Shown: one piece after another, positions 23,665-36,339 of the stretch
Layout of the letters: every line of letters begins with the position of its first letter
Position numbering within the stretch: position 1 is the stretch's first letter
NCBI RefSeq assembly: GCF_000143415.4
Contig: NW_003314271.1
Span: 868,001-932,000, forward strand
Origin: Selaginella moellendorffii
Lineage: Eukaryota; Plantae; Lycopodiophyta
Length of the DNA: 64,000 nucleotides
Direction of reading: 5' to 3'
Notes under the pieces: model-generated
What the model was told of the DNA's origin: nothing
The model's database searches: none
The model's input: the letters and a program-made list of their open reading frames with translations, nothing else
Translations under genes and position numbers: made by a program

Positions 23665-24951
23665 ATGCTGGTGATTTGGAAGAAATCCCAGAATACGGAC
23701 GCTCTAGCCTCCTCGCTCTGGAGGCGAGAATGCGGCAATCCGTGGGTAATCCAGCGGCGCTTCATGGCCAGGGAGAGGAAGAGGAAGAGGATCCGGCAAG
23801 TGAGCTTCGACGTGATGATCAGCCGGGAGAAGCACGTCAGGCAGGCGCTGTGGCTCAAGGATCTCCTCGTCACGAGGCCCGGCCACACCATCTCGATGAT
23901 AGATTTCCGGGAGGAGGTGAAGAATCTGGGGATGCGCGTGAGGAGGCTCTACTACCTCCTCGAGTACTACGACACGCTCTTCCAGACGCGGGTGGACAGA
24001 GCCAAGGTAGAGTGGATAGAGCTCGGGGAAGATGGCCGGAGGATCGTGGAGCTGGAGAGGAGGCTCATGGCCGAGTACGAGCCGTGTCTAGTGGAGAACT
24101 TGCGAAAGCTGCTGATGATGAGCGAGGGCGAGAAGATCTGCCTCAAGAGGATCGCGCTGCTGCGAGAGCCACTGGGACTTCCTCACGACTTCGAGCAGAA
24201 CCTGGTACACAAGTATCCGCAGTACTTCGAGGTGGTGATCGCCAAGGACAAGAAGTACAGGGATTTGCAGCCGTTTCTCAAGCTCACGAGCTGGGATCCA
24301 CTGCTGGCCATCTCTCGCCGAGAAGCCGATGCCGAGGAGAGCGAGAGGGATCCACACTCGTTCCGGATGAGGTTCCCGGGGGTCAAGTTCGTGCGGGGGA
24401 GGGACGCGCAGTTCCTCAAGAGCTTCCAGATGCTCGAGTTCCCGTCGCCGTATGATCCAAACCACGGCTACCCGAAGCTCTCCCGGGAGGCTGTCAAGCG
24501 CGCGGTGGCGGTGATACACGAGTTCCTGTGCCTCACGCAGGAGTCCAAGGCGCTGGTCGACTCCATCGCCGAGATCCGGCGAGAGACTGGGATTCCAAAG
24601 AAGATTGGCGAGCTCATTTGCCGGCACCCGGGGATCTTCTACTTGTCGTGGAAGGGAGCGCTGGCGAGGCATCCACATATGGAGGTGGTGTATCTCAAGG
24701 AGGCTTACAGCAAGCCTTACGAGGGGGAGCGGCTGAAAGCTGCAAGACTGCTGAGGAAAGGGCCCCTGGTGCAAGTGAAAGAAGCCATGGCTCTCACGAT
24801 GTGGCACGCAGATCTGGCCTATGATAAGAGGCATGGCACGGATTGTTTCTTGGAGGGCCGCCAGTTCCCGATGATAACTTACGATGCGTTTGAGAGTACC
24901 TTCCAATCGGAGCTGTACAGGGAGCAGAAGATCAAGTACGAGAACCTCTAG
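23665..24951 (+). CDS. PORR (plant organelle RNA recognition) domain protein, intronless
   Basis: LRKLLMMS, LGLPHDF..YPQYF, LTSWDPLLAIS, FQMLEFPSPY, KRAVAVIHEFLCLT, RHPGIFYLS..VYLKEAY. Confidence 0.9.
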   Translation: MLVIWKKSQNTDALASSLWRRECGNPWVIQRRFMARERKRKRIRQVSFDVMISREKHVRQALWLKDLLVTRPGHTISMIDFREEVKNLGMRVRRLYYLLEYYDTLFQTRVDRAKVEWIELGEDGRRIVELERRLMAEYEPCLVENLRKLLMMSEGEKICLKRIALLREPLGLPHDFEQNLVHKYPQYFEVVIAKDKKYRDLQPFLKLTSWDPLLAISRREADAEESERDPHSFRMRFPGVKFVRGRDAQFLKSFQMLEFPSPYDPNHGYPKLSREAVKRAVAVIHEFLCLTQESKALVDSIAEIRRETGIPKKIGELICRHPGIFYLSWKGALARHPHMEVVYLKEAYSKPYEGERLKAARLLRKGPLVQVKEAMALTMWHADLAYDKRHGTDCFLEGRQFPMITYDAFESTFQSELYREQKIKYENL

Positions 24952-25579
24952 TTTCCGGATGGAAGAAAGTTCGAGCATTTGAAGAGCTGAGGGTGGAGCC
25001 GGCTTATTCAAAACCAACGACATGGATGGAAAGCCTCGCATTGGACGAGGAATACAAGTCACTGGCATATGAAATGGAATACTAAGAGCTATGGCTTAGA
25101 TTTACACCTTCTTAGTGATCTACGCCTTAAAGGCAGGATGGCGAGAGAGATTATGGACTCATCTCAGCATGACACATCGATGGCAAGCTTGGAGAAGTCG
25201 ATATGCTGATTCTTATAGATTTGATGAGAGAATATATTTTGGCATTATATTCTAATAGAATATATCTATTTGTAATAACTGGAACCCTCTCAAGAAAACC
25301 TAGAGCATACTAAAAACTTCTTAAAATTTATAAAACTTAAATAAAGTAACATAAATGATTATGTGTACACTATTATGTATGCACTAAAATTTTAATACTA
25401 TACTATATGTGATTGCTTACTATACTATATGTGATATGTGATTGCATTATATATTTATGCATGCAGATATTTTTTTTAATTTAATTTTTTTGTCTTTTTG
25501 AGTTGCATGCAAAAATATCATGCACATAAACACTTTTCAATTGTTATATAAACAATCAAAATGTGATTATGTGTATAAT

Positions 25580-26013
25580 ATTTTTTTCATAAAGTATGTC
25601 ATGTATGCATGGGTGTAGCACATGTGATCATGGGATGAGATTTGGATATATTATCACTGTGAATCTTTAGAACCTTGGGGGATAAATGGGGATAAAATAG
25701 CCATTAAAGGCTCTTTCATCAAGCAATTACCCCTTTTCCAATTCGCTTAAAGGGAAATAAATAAGATGTGCTGGAATGGGTATGACACTTTAAATTGCTA
25801 TGTATCATGCCATGTCATTTCAAACAATATAACATCACTACAATCTAACAATTGGAAAATGGGCAATTATTTGATGAGAGAGCCCTTAATGGCTATTTTA
25901 TCCCCATTTATCCCCCAAGGTTATAAAGATTTACGGTGATAATATATCCAAATCTCATCCCATGATCACACGCGCTACCCCCATGCATACATGACATACT
26001 TTATGAAAAAAAT
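25580..26013. repeat. Foldback inverted repeat (about 164-bp arms, 105-bp loop), MITE-like
   Basis: 25580-25743 is the near reverse complement of 25850-26013. Confidence 0.9.
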
Positions 26014-28879
26014 CACAATAACATAAATCTAGCAAGGGTATTTATGTTTTATTCCACTTATTACAACTTATTTGTAATGTAGTGCCTTAATTATGATTGA
26101 TTGGAATGCCATCAATTAGAGTGTGGTGGCAAGCGCAATTGATTGGAGAGCAATAAGTGTGATTGATTGGAATATGGTAGCAAACTTGATCAATTGAATC
26201 ACAGTAGCAAAACATTTCTACTTTTATATATATGTTTTATATAGTGCCATAAAAAAATATTATTTTCTTTGAGTATTTAGAGTGTTAAGCATGGTGGTTT
26301 TTTGCAAACAAATAGATTTTGTTATACCTAGGGCTTTTCTCTTGCTAAAAAATTGTGCTACAATAAAACATTAGTTTTATCAATTTTTAACATTTTTAAT
26401 CATATACTAAAGTTTTTAGCATTACAATAGTTTGTTGCGCTTGGGCTTTTATGCAAAGCACTTTTCATTACCTTCACAAAAAAATAAACCCACTAATAGC
26501 AAGATTAACCCATAACATTCAAAATGTAGACATCCAAAGGTACTAAAAATTTAGTTTTTGCATTAGAAAATGTTATGCCTAGAAGTTTTAAATTTAAACC
26601 TATAAGCTCCCAAATTTAAACTTTTTAAAAAGTTCACCCAACTCAATATTACTTAAACCAAAGACACTTAACCCCAAGTATCCTAAAACTCTTAATTGAT
26701 TGAAAAAGGGAGTTTTACTCTTTTGACACTTTATTCTTTAAATCGAGTTTAGCTAGAAGCAAATTAAACCTTCTAAATGTCAATTTTAACATGTAGTAGG
26801 ATGCCCCACAACTTTTTTGATAATAAATATTGAGTCTTTCTATCATGAATATCTCCACTAATTCCTAGTTTCTATGTTACTTCATATTGTGGAAATCTTT
26901 TTCATTTCACATGGAACTCTTTCACCTTATGTTATTATTACTTGCCTTTAAAGCTTCCATCTCATAAAGCTTTATGAACCTACTTAAAAAACTCAAATCA
27001 CTTTAGCCACACCTTCCACATCCACTTTTATTGTAGTAGTGGATATGTAATGTTAAATCCTAAATAATAAATTTGGACTTTCTGGGAGGTCACACAATCT
27101 AATGCTACTCAAACCCAAAAACATTTAACCTCAAATATCTCAAAAACCTTAATTGATTGAAAAAAAAAGTGCACTTTTATTCATGGGTTCGTTCCTTTTA
27201 GATTTAAATTATTATGTACTGTCTCTTAAGTAATTGTCTTTAGTTGTTTACAAAATCTTATTGACGTGTCAAAAAATCTAATATAAAGTTGAAATTTATT
27301 CACAAAAAAAATAAATTATATATATGATGCTGATTTGGACTTTGCCATACATATGTGGTGACCACCAATGTATGCCTATCATAGGGTGGAAACTCTTTTT
27401 TAGGGTTAGGATAAATATACATACATTGTAAGGGTGTGAATACCTAGGGTTTTGTATGGATAAATTTTAGGTACATGCAAAGGTATAGAGAGGGATTTTA
27501 TTTTAGAATAGGGTAGATTTAAATAGCAATAGTGTTTGGATTAGTGTGGCTTATTATATCTAAGAAACAAGGTTAGGAGCTTGTAAAAGTTCACAATTGG
27601 GGAGGTATTCAAAGTATAAAAAATAGTAATAGGGTGTTTGAATCTTAATATATATATATACACATGCACACACCTTTAAGTTTTGTTAGTTTTAATGCCA
27701 TAGGTAGATATATAAGGGCTAAAATTGATTTATTTTTTGGATATACTTGGGGTTTTATGAATTTTTTTGAACACAACCATATCCAGAGATTTGTTCTAGG
27801 TGGCCACCCTAGGGTGGCTATGCATAAATAAAAAGTTGTGCTCAAAATATTATATTATAAGTCACAAATGTGTATTACAACAATTTAAGCACACTTGCCA
27901 AGCCACCCACCCTAGGTACGCTTCCTTAGGAGGTGTACCCCCCCCAAATTGCTATCATAAATTGCTTGCTATATACTATAGTATGATAATAAATAAATAC
28001 TAAAATATTCTAAAAACTAAAAAATAAAAATCACACAATTAGTTAGCATTCTCATACAATACAGCTTTTATTTAATTTAATTTCTTCCATGTTTTTAAAA
28101 TAACCTTAACTATAAAATTTTAAATTTAAAAATAAATTTAGTTACTAAAAATTATAATTAATAATTTTACATATATTGCATGTAGCAACACTTGGTTTGC
28201 TTAATAGTAGTGCTTATTATTTATTTATTTAATTGATCAATTGAAAAATTGTAACTATAAACTTGTTTATAATTTATAAATACAAAATTAATCCTATTGC
28301 ATTCAACCATTAGATGATAGAATAAACTAGAATATACCAGAAAGTGTTTAGAAACCTTATAAATTATAAATAAAAAGATTAATCTAAATATATAACAACT
28401 GCTAGATGGTAAAATAATCCCAGAATATCCAGGTATATTATGAGTATATTCACTACCTGCTTAAGCAAACCCAAAATAAAAAATAAAAATAAAAACTGTT
28501 TCATAAATATGAAGAAATGCAACACTAAAAATACTATATATATATATATACACTGTAAGTAATTTTCCTAAAACCTTTTAAAACTAAAGCACATACTTTT
28601 GTGATTTAATTTTTTTCATTAGTTGTGATTTTTCAAATATCCTTATACTTCAAAATATAATAGAAGAAAATAAAAGTATAAAATAATAATACATGCTGAG
28701 CTTTCATTTTCTTATTCAAGGCAGCTAGTAGTCTTGGATATGGTTGTTTTTTTGAATAAAGTGAAAAAATATTTAAATAGTAAAACATACATGAGCTTCT
28801 TTTTTTAGTTTAGTATTTTTTATTTAAAGTAATGTCGTTAGAATCTTAAAAAAATATCTGACCACCTTTACATATAATT

Positions 28880-29385
28880 TAAACCTCTAGACCAAGTATT
28901 ACATACACCACCATACTCAAGCTTCATGCCTCAAAGTTTCACTTGATCTCAACATGTGCCACAACATGCCAAAAGTCATGTCCACATGACATAAATCTGC
29001 AAAAAAGAAATTTTCCACCATAATAATCTTGCTAACTTTCACTAATAAGTCATGCACCACACCATCTTATTGTTGGTTCTTAGTGGCAGTTTTGACAATT
29101 TTATCTCAGCAAAGTTGGTTGAGGAGTATAACCTGCCAGTGACTAAAGTGATTCCTTATGGAATTTTTGGAGCTGTCACCAAGAACTAATAGTGGGATGG
29201 TGACTTATTAGTGAAAGTTGGCAAGATCACCATGGTGGAAGATTTCTTTCTTGCAGATTTATGTCATGTGGACATGATCTTTGGCATGTCATGGCACATG
29301 CATGTTGATCTCAACATCAAGTGGAGCCTTCAACACGTGAAACTTAAGTATGGTGGCATCACATAATATTTAGTTTAGGGTGTAA
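28880..29385. repeat. Inverted repeat built from a Ty3/gypsy aspartic protease remnant
   Basis: 28880-29052 mirrors 29200-29385. The + strand reads LSGSFDNFISAKLVEEYNLP..VEDFFLADLCHVDMIFGMSW, a retropepsin-like pattern with the catalytic Asp lost. Confidence 0.75.
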
Positions 29386-29602
29386 AGATAGGATCCTAAC
29401 ATTGGTGAGAAAATATTCATAAACTTACTAATCTTCTTATAAGTTTTGCCTAAAGAGGTAGCTTTTTGACAAAATCAAGTATTAAGTTGCATCCAGGTAC
29501 TATATAAAATCCTCTTTATGCATCAAATTAATTTGCTATTAGTATGAACTCTCTTTTGAGTCTTCTGGCTTCATTGTGTCCCCTAAGCTAACATTGTTTT
29601 TC

Positions 29603-32600
29603 CATAGTTCTTGACAAATGCATTTTTTTTAGGAATTTAGCATTTGTAAACGCTCGTTTGTGTTCACATTTGTTGCGTATTTGTGTTTGTTACTATAATT
29701 TTTTTAACTAAGTTAAAGAATATTCTTTTGTTTTACCCTTTCTCTATTCTTGGGCTGAGCAACGATGTTGGAGAGAGCAGACAAGCTGTGGAAAATGAAT
29801 GGGGTAAGGACACCATCCTTGGCAAAACATATAATAATGTTCAGCATCACTAGATTTATAAGCATTGCAACAAAGAGTATAGAGGGTTTTGAAGCGTCGC
29901 CGGGCATATTTGGGGCAAATCCTAAGTCACCAAATTGCTTTGTGTGAGGCTATGCCGAGTTGCAATTGCTCCACATCACTGAGTTCTGCTCAAATTATCT
30001 TTTGGATAAGTCTTCCAAAAGACTTCTTAGTTCTTATGCTCGGCTACCCAAATGCCAAAAAGGGAACTACCTACTACAAGATCAAATGCCCAAATGTTGC
30101 ATAGGGACATAGAGAGTAGAGGCAATGGAGAATCTATGAGGCAATCCTCTTAGGGAAGCTCTATGTACTCAATTGGAAGTGCAACTTTTGATGGCCATTT
30201 GCCTACAAACATACAGTTTATTGCAAATGTCAAGTTGGGGCATTTAGGAAGCAAAACTCAAATGACTCTCAAATAGTTCTTTGAAAATCAATATCACCAA
30301 AATGCAAACATGACTATGAGGAGGTTCATCTATGCTCATGCTCTTCCTTTTAACATAATCTGTTCACCTTTTTGGGAAGACATAGTGGATGCTTTACTTC
30401 TTGTTAGAAAGGGATACAAATCCACTATAATCAAATATAAAGGACTTTGTGTTTAGCATTTGAATGAAGAATGTCAAAGTCTGAGGGAGAGGATGCAATT
30501 AATCAGAGAAGGATGGAAACATTATGGTTATAATATTATCTTGTATGGATGGCAATGCAGTAGGAAGAGGTTGATTATCAACTTATTGGCTGTGAGTTGT
30601 CAAGGTTGTGTTTCTTAAAATCAATTGATGCATTAGATGCAATCAAGAGTGGTTTATATCTCTATGAGCAGGTAGTGATTCTGGAAGTTGTACTTGAGAA
30701 TGTTGCCCAATTGGTCACAAATAATGCAGCCAATTGCGTAAGTATGGGCCAACTTATGATGGAGGAATTCCCTCATATATCATACATGTTTGTTGTGTTT
30801 GCCATGTTCTTGATTTGTTATGCAAAGATATTAGCAAATTTGAATGGGCACAACTATTGATTAGTGGATGTGAAAAGCTGGTTACCTTCTTTACGAAGAA
30901 ACCAAGTTTCCCACTTGAGTTAGTTGAGAAATTGGTCAATGACCGTGTACTTAGATCGGATAAACATAAGGTAGGAACCCTATGTGTTTCTTGCTGAGCA
31001 TACTCAACTTGGTTTGAGAAACTCCTGTCATTGGCTTGCACTTGCTAGTATCAAGAACTCCCGCGATATTGAGATTGGTCCCTTAATATCGCTAGATGAT
31101 AGCTTACCGTGTCTGCCAAACACCCTCGCTATCATACCCTTTGTGTTAGTCTCATTTTGGTCCCAAATGTTATTTATGGAAAGTGTCCAGATTTGCTCAT
31201 TTGGCATATCTACGGAATGTAGAGATCGTCCTGAACACAATGGTGTTCGTCCCGTGTCCAAATTCGCAATCTAAGGACATTCCATATTTAGTAAGTTTCA
31301 AGCTTGTCCCAGAGACTAACTCCTGATACTAAGGGAGGCTTGGGGTGAAAGCCCAAAGCGTGTGTTCCTCTAGGGGGGGGGGATGTGGGGGGTTCCAAAT
31401 GCATAGTAGGGATAGTGGGTAGGTCGGGCATGGCCGACCAACCTGAGGCATAGTCTAGCTCCCGCTTGCGTGCTTGTCCTTGTTCTGCGTCCGGCTTGGG
31501 TCTAAGCCCAAGTTCCATTCCATGCTAGTTGGTGGAGTACCCATGTCCTCGCGTTAGGCCACCGGTATGCCGAAATAGCGCCAGACTTCGTTTGGCTCCG
31601 TTTTGCGTGCTGGTCCTGGCATTAGGATGCTGGTTGCTCCAGGACTGTTCCAAGTCGCTCCGGGCTCCTGTCCCTTCGCTCCTTGGGCTTTATGCTCGAG
31701 AGTTGCTCCGTGGTTTAGTTCCGTCACTCCTTGGCTCCATGCTTGGGAGTTTGGCACCGTTCCTTTGTTCAGTGGCCCAAGGCCCTGAACCTCGGGTTCC
31801 TATGGACACGTGGCATGGACACGTGGCATGTGACACGTGGCATCTGTCACGTGGCACAAAGAGGGTTTAGGTTCCGCTTCGTGGTGTTATCCTATGGTAA
31901 ATCACTATAGGATAAAGGGTCAAAACCACGTGCGCTACATACATGGTTGTTGTGTTTGCCATGTTCTTGATTTGTTATGCAAAGATATTAGCAAATTTGA
32001 ATGGGCACAACTATTGATTAGTGGATGTGAAAAGCTGGTTACCTTCTTTACGAAGAAACCAAAGCTTCTAGCTACTTTCCGAAAGATTGCACCATGGGAT
32101 ATTGTAAAGCTAACAACAACACAATTTGCTTATAGCTACTTGGTTATAAGCCAATTCGTTGATGAGAAAATGCTATGGAAGAACAATGAGTTTTGGATAC
32201 AATGTTCTGAGCTTCTCATGATCATGGCCCTAATTCTAAAGCTATTAAAAATAGCTGATAAAGATGGTGTAAGGATGGGCATCATCTTTGAAGCTATTGA
32301 TCAAATGCAAGAGCAGAAATTGGCTGATGATGATGTGGTGGACAAGTAGAGAATTGAAACATTTAAATCATTCATATACAACAATGATCAATCTGATCCA
32401 AACCATTGGCTCATGATGCACAATCTTCTACAAAGTATTGGCTGTTGTTTACATCTTTTGTGAATGGACATAGAAGAGGATGTTGATACCCATGCATACT
32501 TTGAAGAGATTTCAAAGGGGGATTTGAAGGTTGAGGAAAAGTTAATGCTTTAATTTCATGATTTCAAGAAAAATTGACCTACAGAGATGAGACGTAATCT

Positions 32601-33153
32601 GGCATCTCAAAGAAACATGTGTAAGAAAAGGATGTTTTGGTGGGGAGGTATAGATCTCAACTCCCTGACCTGCAGAAGGTGGCTATATGAGTTCTCAGCC
32701 AATGCATTTCAGTTTTTGATGCTGAAAGAAATTGGAGCACCTGGAGAATTGTTCAGTCTAAGAGAAAAGCTCAGTTGCTAGTTGTGAACATTGAAAAGTT
32801 AATGTATTGTTAGACTAACTTGAAATTAGTCCAACTCATAGAGACAAAGGCCACCCCTTGTAAGAAGATTGATCCAGATGATTTGGATTTAAAGCCAATT
32901 GGGAGAGGCTTTGCATATGCAGTAAAGGATGGAAGAATCCCAAGAACTTTTATAGAAGATAAATGATAATGTTGTCGAAGATGAGGTTGACAATAGTGAT
33001 TGAGAAGGATATTCGAATATTTAAAATATTTGTTTAGAACCTTTTACATTTCTTTAGGTTTTTAGGTTTGTTACTGACAAACGCGTTTCCACGTTTGCAA
33101 ACACATTTGGATTTATGTGTTTGGAACATTTGTGCGTTTGCTCCGTAAGTATG
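29603..33153 (+). mobile_element. Degenerate hAT DNA transposon (DUF659 + hAT dimerisation transposase pseudogene)
   Basis: RFIYAHALPFNIICSPFW, GW..IINLLA..FLKSIDA, ENVAQLVTNNAAN, CHVLDLLCKDI, LPDLQKVA..LSQC..AERNWS. Ends CATAGTT / AAGTATG, with imperfect 8-bp flanks tgtttttc / attttttc. Confidence 0.85.
30906..31939 (+). mobile_element. 5'-truncated solo LTR inserted in the hAT transposase
   Basis: Colinear with 56655-57553, ends ..gcgctaCA, and transposase sequence resumes immediately after it. Confidence 0.8.
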
Positions 33154-33258
33154 ATTTTTTCTTCTTCATTATCTTGTATTTCTCTCCTTTTTGAGCATTG
33201 CCTGATCGAATAGACGAAGAACATACGAAGTTTTCTGAAAGAAAAGTTACAAAACTAA

Positions 33259-35457
33259 TTACATGCTGCTGGAGCTATCGTTTGGTGACGTGCTATTGCT
33301 GGGCCATTGCATTTGCACAGACGTGGGCGAGCTCCTAGTATGTTTCTTATCATCATCGACCACTTCCACCTTCCTGATCGCCACCATCTGCTCCAGGTAG
33401 CGCTGCTTCCCCTCCTCCTCGATCGCACGAAGCCTCGCTGCCACATCCTTCATGCATGGCCTGTCCTCCTTCTCCGTTGCCAGGCACTCAAACCCGAGCT
33501 CCGCCACGCACTCCACCATCCTCTGCCGCACGCTATCTTCCCCCGCCCCAAGCCGCGGATCCACCAGCTTGTCCAGCTCGCCGCACTGGATCCGCGACAC
33601 CGCCAGCGCCGCCAGGTTGATCTCCTTCCTCTCCCTGGCCATGTCCACCGCCCGCTGCGACGACACGAGCTCCATGAGCACCACCCCGAGGCTGTAGACG
33701 TCGCTCTTGTCCGTGAGCTGGTAGCTCTGGTGGTAGTCCGGATCCAAGTAGCCGGGAGTTCCCTGTGGCGCGGTGGTGATGTGCGTGAGCTCCAGCGATG
33801 GGACGAGGCGGGAGAGACCAAAGTCGCCCACTTTGCAGTGGTACCGCTCGTCCAGGAGGATGTTTGTGGACTTCACGTCGCGGTGGTAGCAGACGTTTGT
33901 GTGGAGGAAGGCGAGGGCCTCGGCGCACTGGACCGCGACAGTGAGGCGGGCGTCCCAGCCGAGGTAGTCGCGCGGGTTGTCGTAGAGGTGGTCGGCTAGA
34001 GTTCCATGGGCCACGAACTCGTAGACGAGGAGGAGCTCCTGCTCGATGCAGCAGCCGTAGAGCCGGACGAGGTGGGGATGAGTTACCTGTGTAGGAAAGA
34101 CGATTGAAGTTAGCAAGTCTGGAGGATTCGTGCGTAGGGGAACGACTGCGTACGAGATCAAATATGATCAAAGCAATATAAGTCAAGAAGATTAAGGTGA
34201 CAATGCATGAAACGAACAAGTCGGAGTAATGCAAGTCAAGAAGAATAAAGTGGCAATGTATGAAACGAGTGCTTGAAACGAAAAGATCAAGTCCGAGGTA
34301 CGTATCCTATTCTTTATTCTAGGACAACTCATGAAAAGATGATGAACGAGAGGACACACAACAAAAAAAACCATGCAGTTCTTCCAAGAAAAGATGGAAA
34401 AGATGGAAAAGATTTTGTCATGAAAACTCGAGGTAAGCTTACCCGAGAGAGGATGGTAACCTCGTTGTCAAACTGGTACTTCCCCTGGGCATTCCAAGGA
34501 TTGAGCTTCTTGACGGCCACCAGCCGGCCATCCCGGAGCTTCCCCTTGTAAACAGTCCCAAACCCTCCATCTCCGAGCCGGCCATCCTCGGAGAAATTGT
34601 TGGTCGCCTCCTGGAGCTCCCTGTAGCTAAACCGGCTGCTATTGCTCCCACCATCGCCATTCTCCACAGTAACGCTCACGCTGCTACCGTAACTGTTGCT
34701 AGTGCCATAGCTCCCGCTGTTGTTGCTGTAGACAATCCGGCCACTCTTGGAGAGAAGCTGCGGCGGCGGCTGCTTTGGATCATCGCCCAGAATCAATCCT
34801 CGCTGCTTCGCTGCGAGCCGCCGCCGCCTCGCAACGCAGCACACGCATCCCAGCAAGAACAAGACACCCAAGCCACCACCTACGGAGCCACCTTTAATAA
34901 GAGACAAAGATAGATTTAGGCTCGATCGAGAGAGTGATAAGTTTCTCTTGCGTACCAACAATCGCTCGAGTCTTGCTCGTGCGCCCACTGCCCAAGCTCG
35001 GAGAACTTAGACTAGCGGACCGGGAGCAGTTGACGACGGTGGCCAGGTGCAGCTGCAAGAGGTCCGGGTTGCAAGAATAGTCTGGACGATCGAACTGGAT
35101 CACGGCGTGATATCTAGACTCGTCCCCTGGGGCTGGAGGCGTTGGGTAGCAGCCAAGGCCGTCGCGCCATTCTCCAATCACTCGAATCCCGCAGGAAGTA
35201 TCGATCCGGCAAGTACGAGCCGCGCAAAGAGCCGGCGGCGAGCGGTCGACCACCACAAAGGGGGCAAGGAATGCAACGATAGTGTAGCTTTCATTGCTTA
35301 TGCGGACCTTGTCGTCCTCACAGCTGAGAAAGAATGGAGAGTCTTCGCAAGAGAACGGCGGTGGGATCACTACCTGCCCACAGTTCCCAGGCTTGCATCC
35401 CTGGCCCGAGGTGCCATACAGCGCGAGAGCTAAGAGAAGCGCGATGGCGCACAACAT
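33259..35457 (-). CDS. LRK10L/WAK-like receptor kinase (signal peptide, Cys-rich ectodomain, TM, RD kinase), 3 exons
   Basis: CKPGNCGQVVIPPPF..LSC, TM LGVLFLLGCVCCVA-RRRR, FSYRELQEATNNF..LGDGGFGTVYKG, HRDVKSTNILLD, HITTAPQGTPGYLDPDYHQSYQLTDKSDVYS. Confidence 0.92.
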
Positions 35458-36339
35458 CCCCTCGAATCCAAGTCGGAAACAGAAAACTCCCCTGTTCGTA
35501 CTTCTCTCACCCGGAATTCGCTACCATCCCCAGGAGCAAGTGTCCCACGCGCAAACCCCGACTTCGAGAGGAGTCAAACCTTCGCTCGCTTCTCCGGAGC
35601 GGATGATAGAACCTTCTTCCTAGAATGATAGATTGTCACTCACACTGGCGAGCATTTTCCTCCATGCCATTTGGGTGGAGAAATTGCCCCACCGTCGTGG
35701 TTTCCACACGGATTAGCAGCCGCGAAAGGAGGAGGAAGGCACTGCGCCGCCGGGAAGATAGGACCCTCCTTTTGTTGACTCCATAGCTCTTTCTAATTAA
35801 CCTGGCATTGATTCCTTGACAGTGGACTAAAAACCATAAGTGCCTTTTATCTTTTGACCCGACTCTTCGCGTGAAGCTTCTCTTTTATACATTACACTTT
35901 TTTTCTTTTTGACAGTAGACAAAAAAGAAGTCACTCTCTTTCTTCTTCTTCTTTCTTTTTGTTTCTTGGTTCTTTGTAAACTATGACTTGGCATAGATCG
36001 TTGTCCGTCACTGCCAACATAAATGAAAGCCCCGTTCCTTGTTGTTTCTCTCGAGTGATATCACCTGTGACACCTTCTTCTTCCGGCCAGTCACTCCTTC
36101 CCTTCGACGATTCAATGGCTTCTCCTCGGGGCGCTGACGGGCAGATTTGAGAGTTTGACACTCTCAAAGCTGTGATTTTCTTTGCTAGCTCCCAACCTTG
36201 TCTTTTCTTCCATCGCTATAAATTTGCCGATTCTACACATCCGAGCGTAACGAGAGTGAAGAGTAGAACCCCACGCACGCTCTTGGACCTCGTCCTCTTC
36301 CATTTCCTCGCCTCCTACTTAGCTTCCATCTGCATTATA

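Noticed and set aside
9168-24951. Biosynthetic or functional gene cluster
   Set aside because: Functions are unrelated; proximity reflects genome compactness.
24088-25068. 326-aa antisense ORF over PORR, and similar long overlapping ORFs over GLOX, PPR, the receptor kinase, ABCC and the 61-62 kb kinase
   Set aside because: Expected shadows of GC3-rich coding sequence; no motifs.
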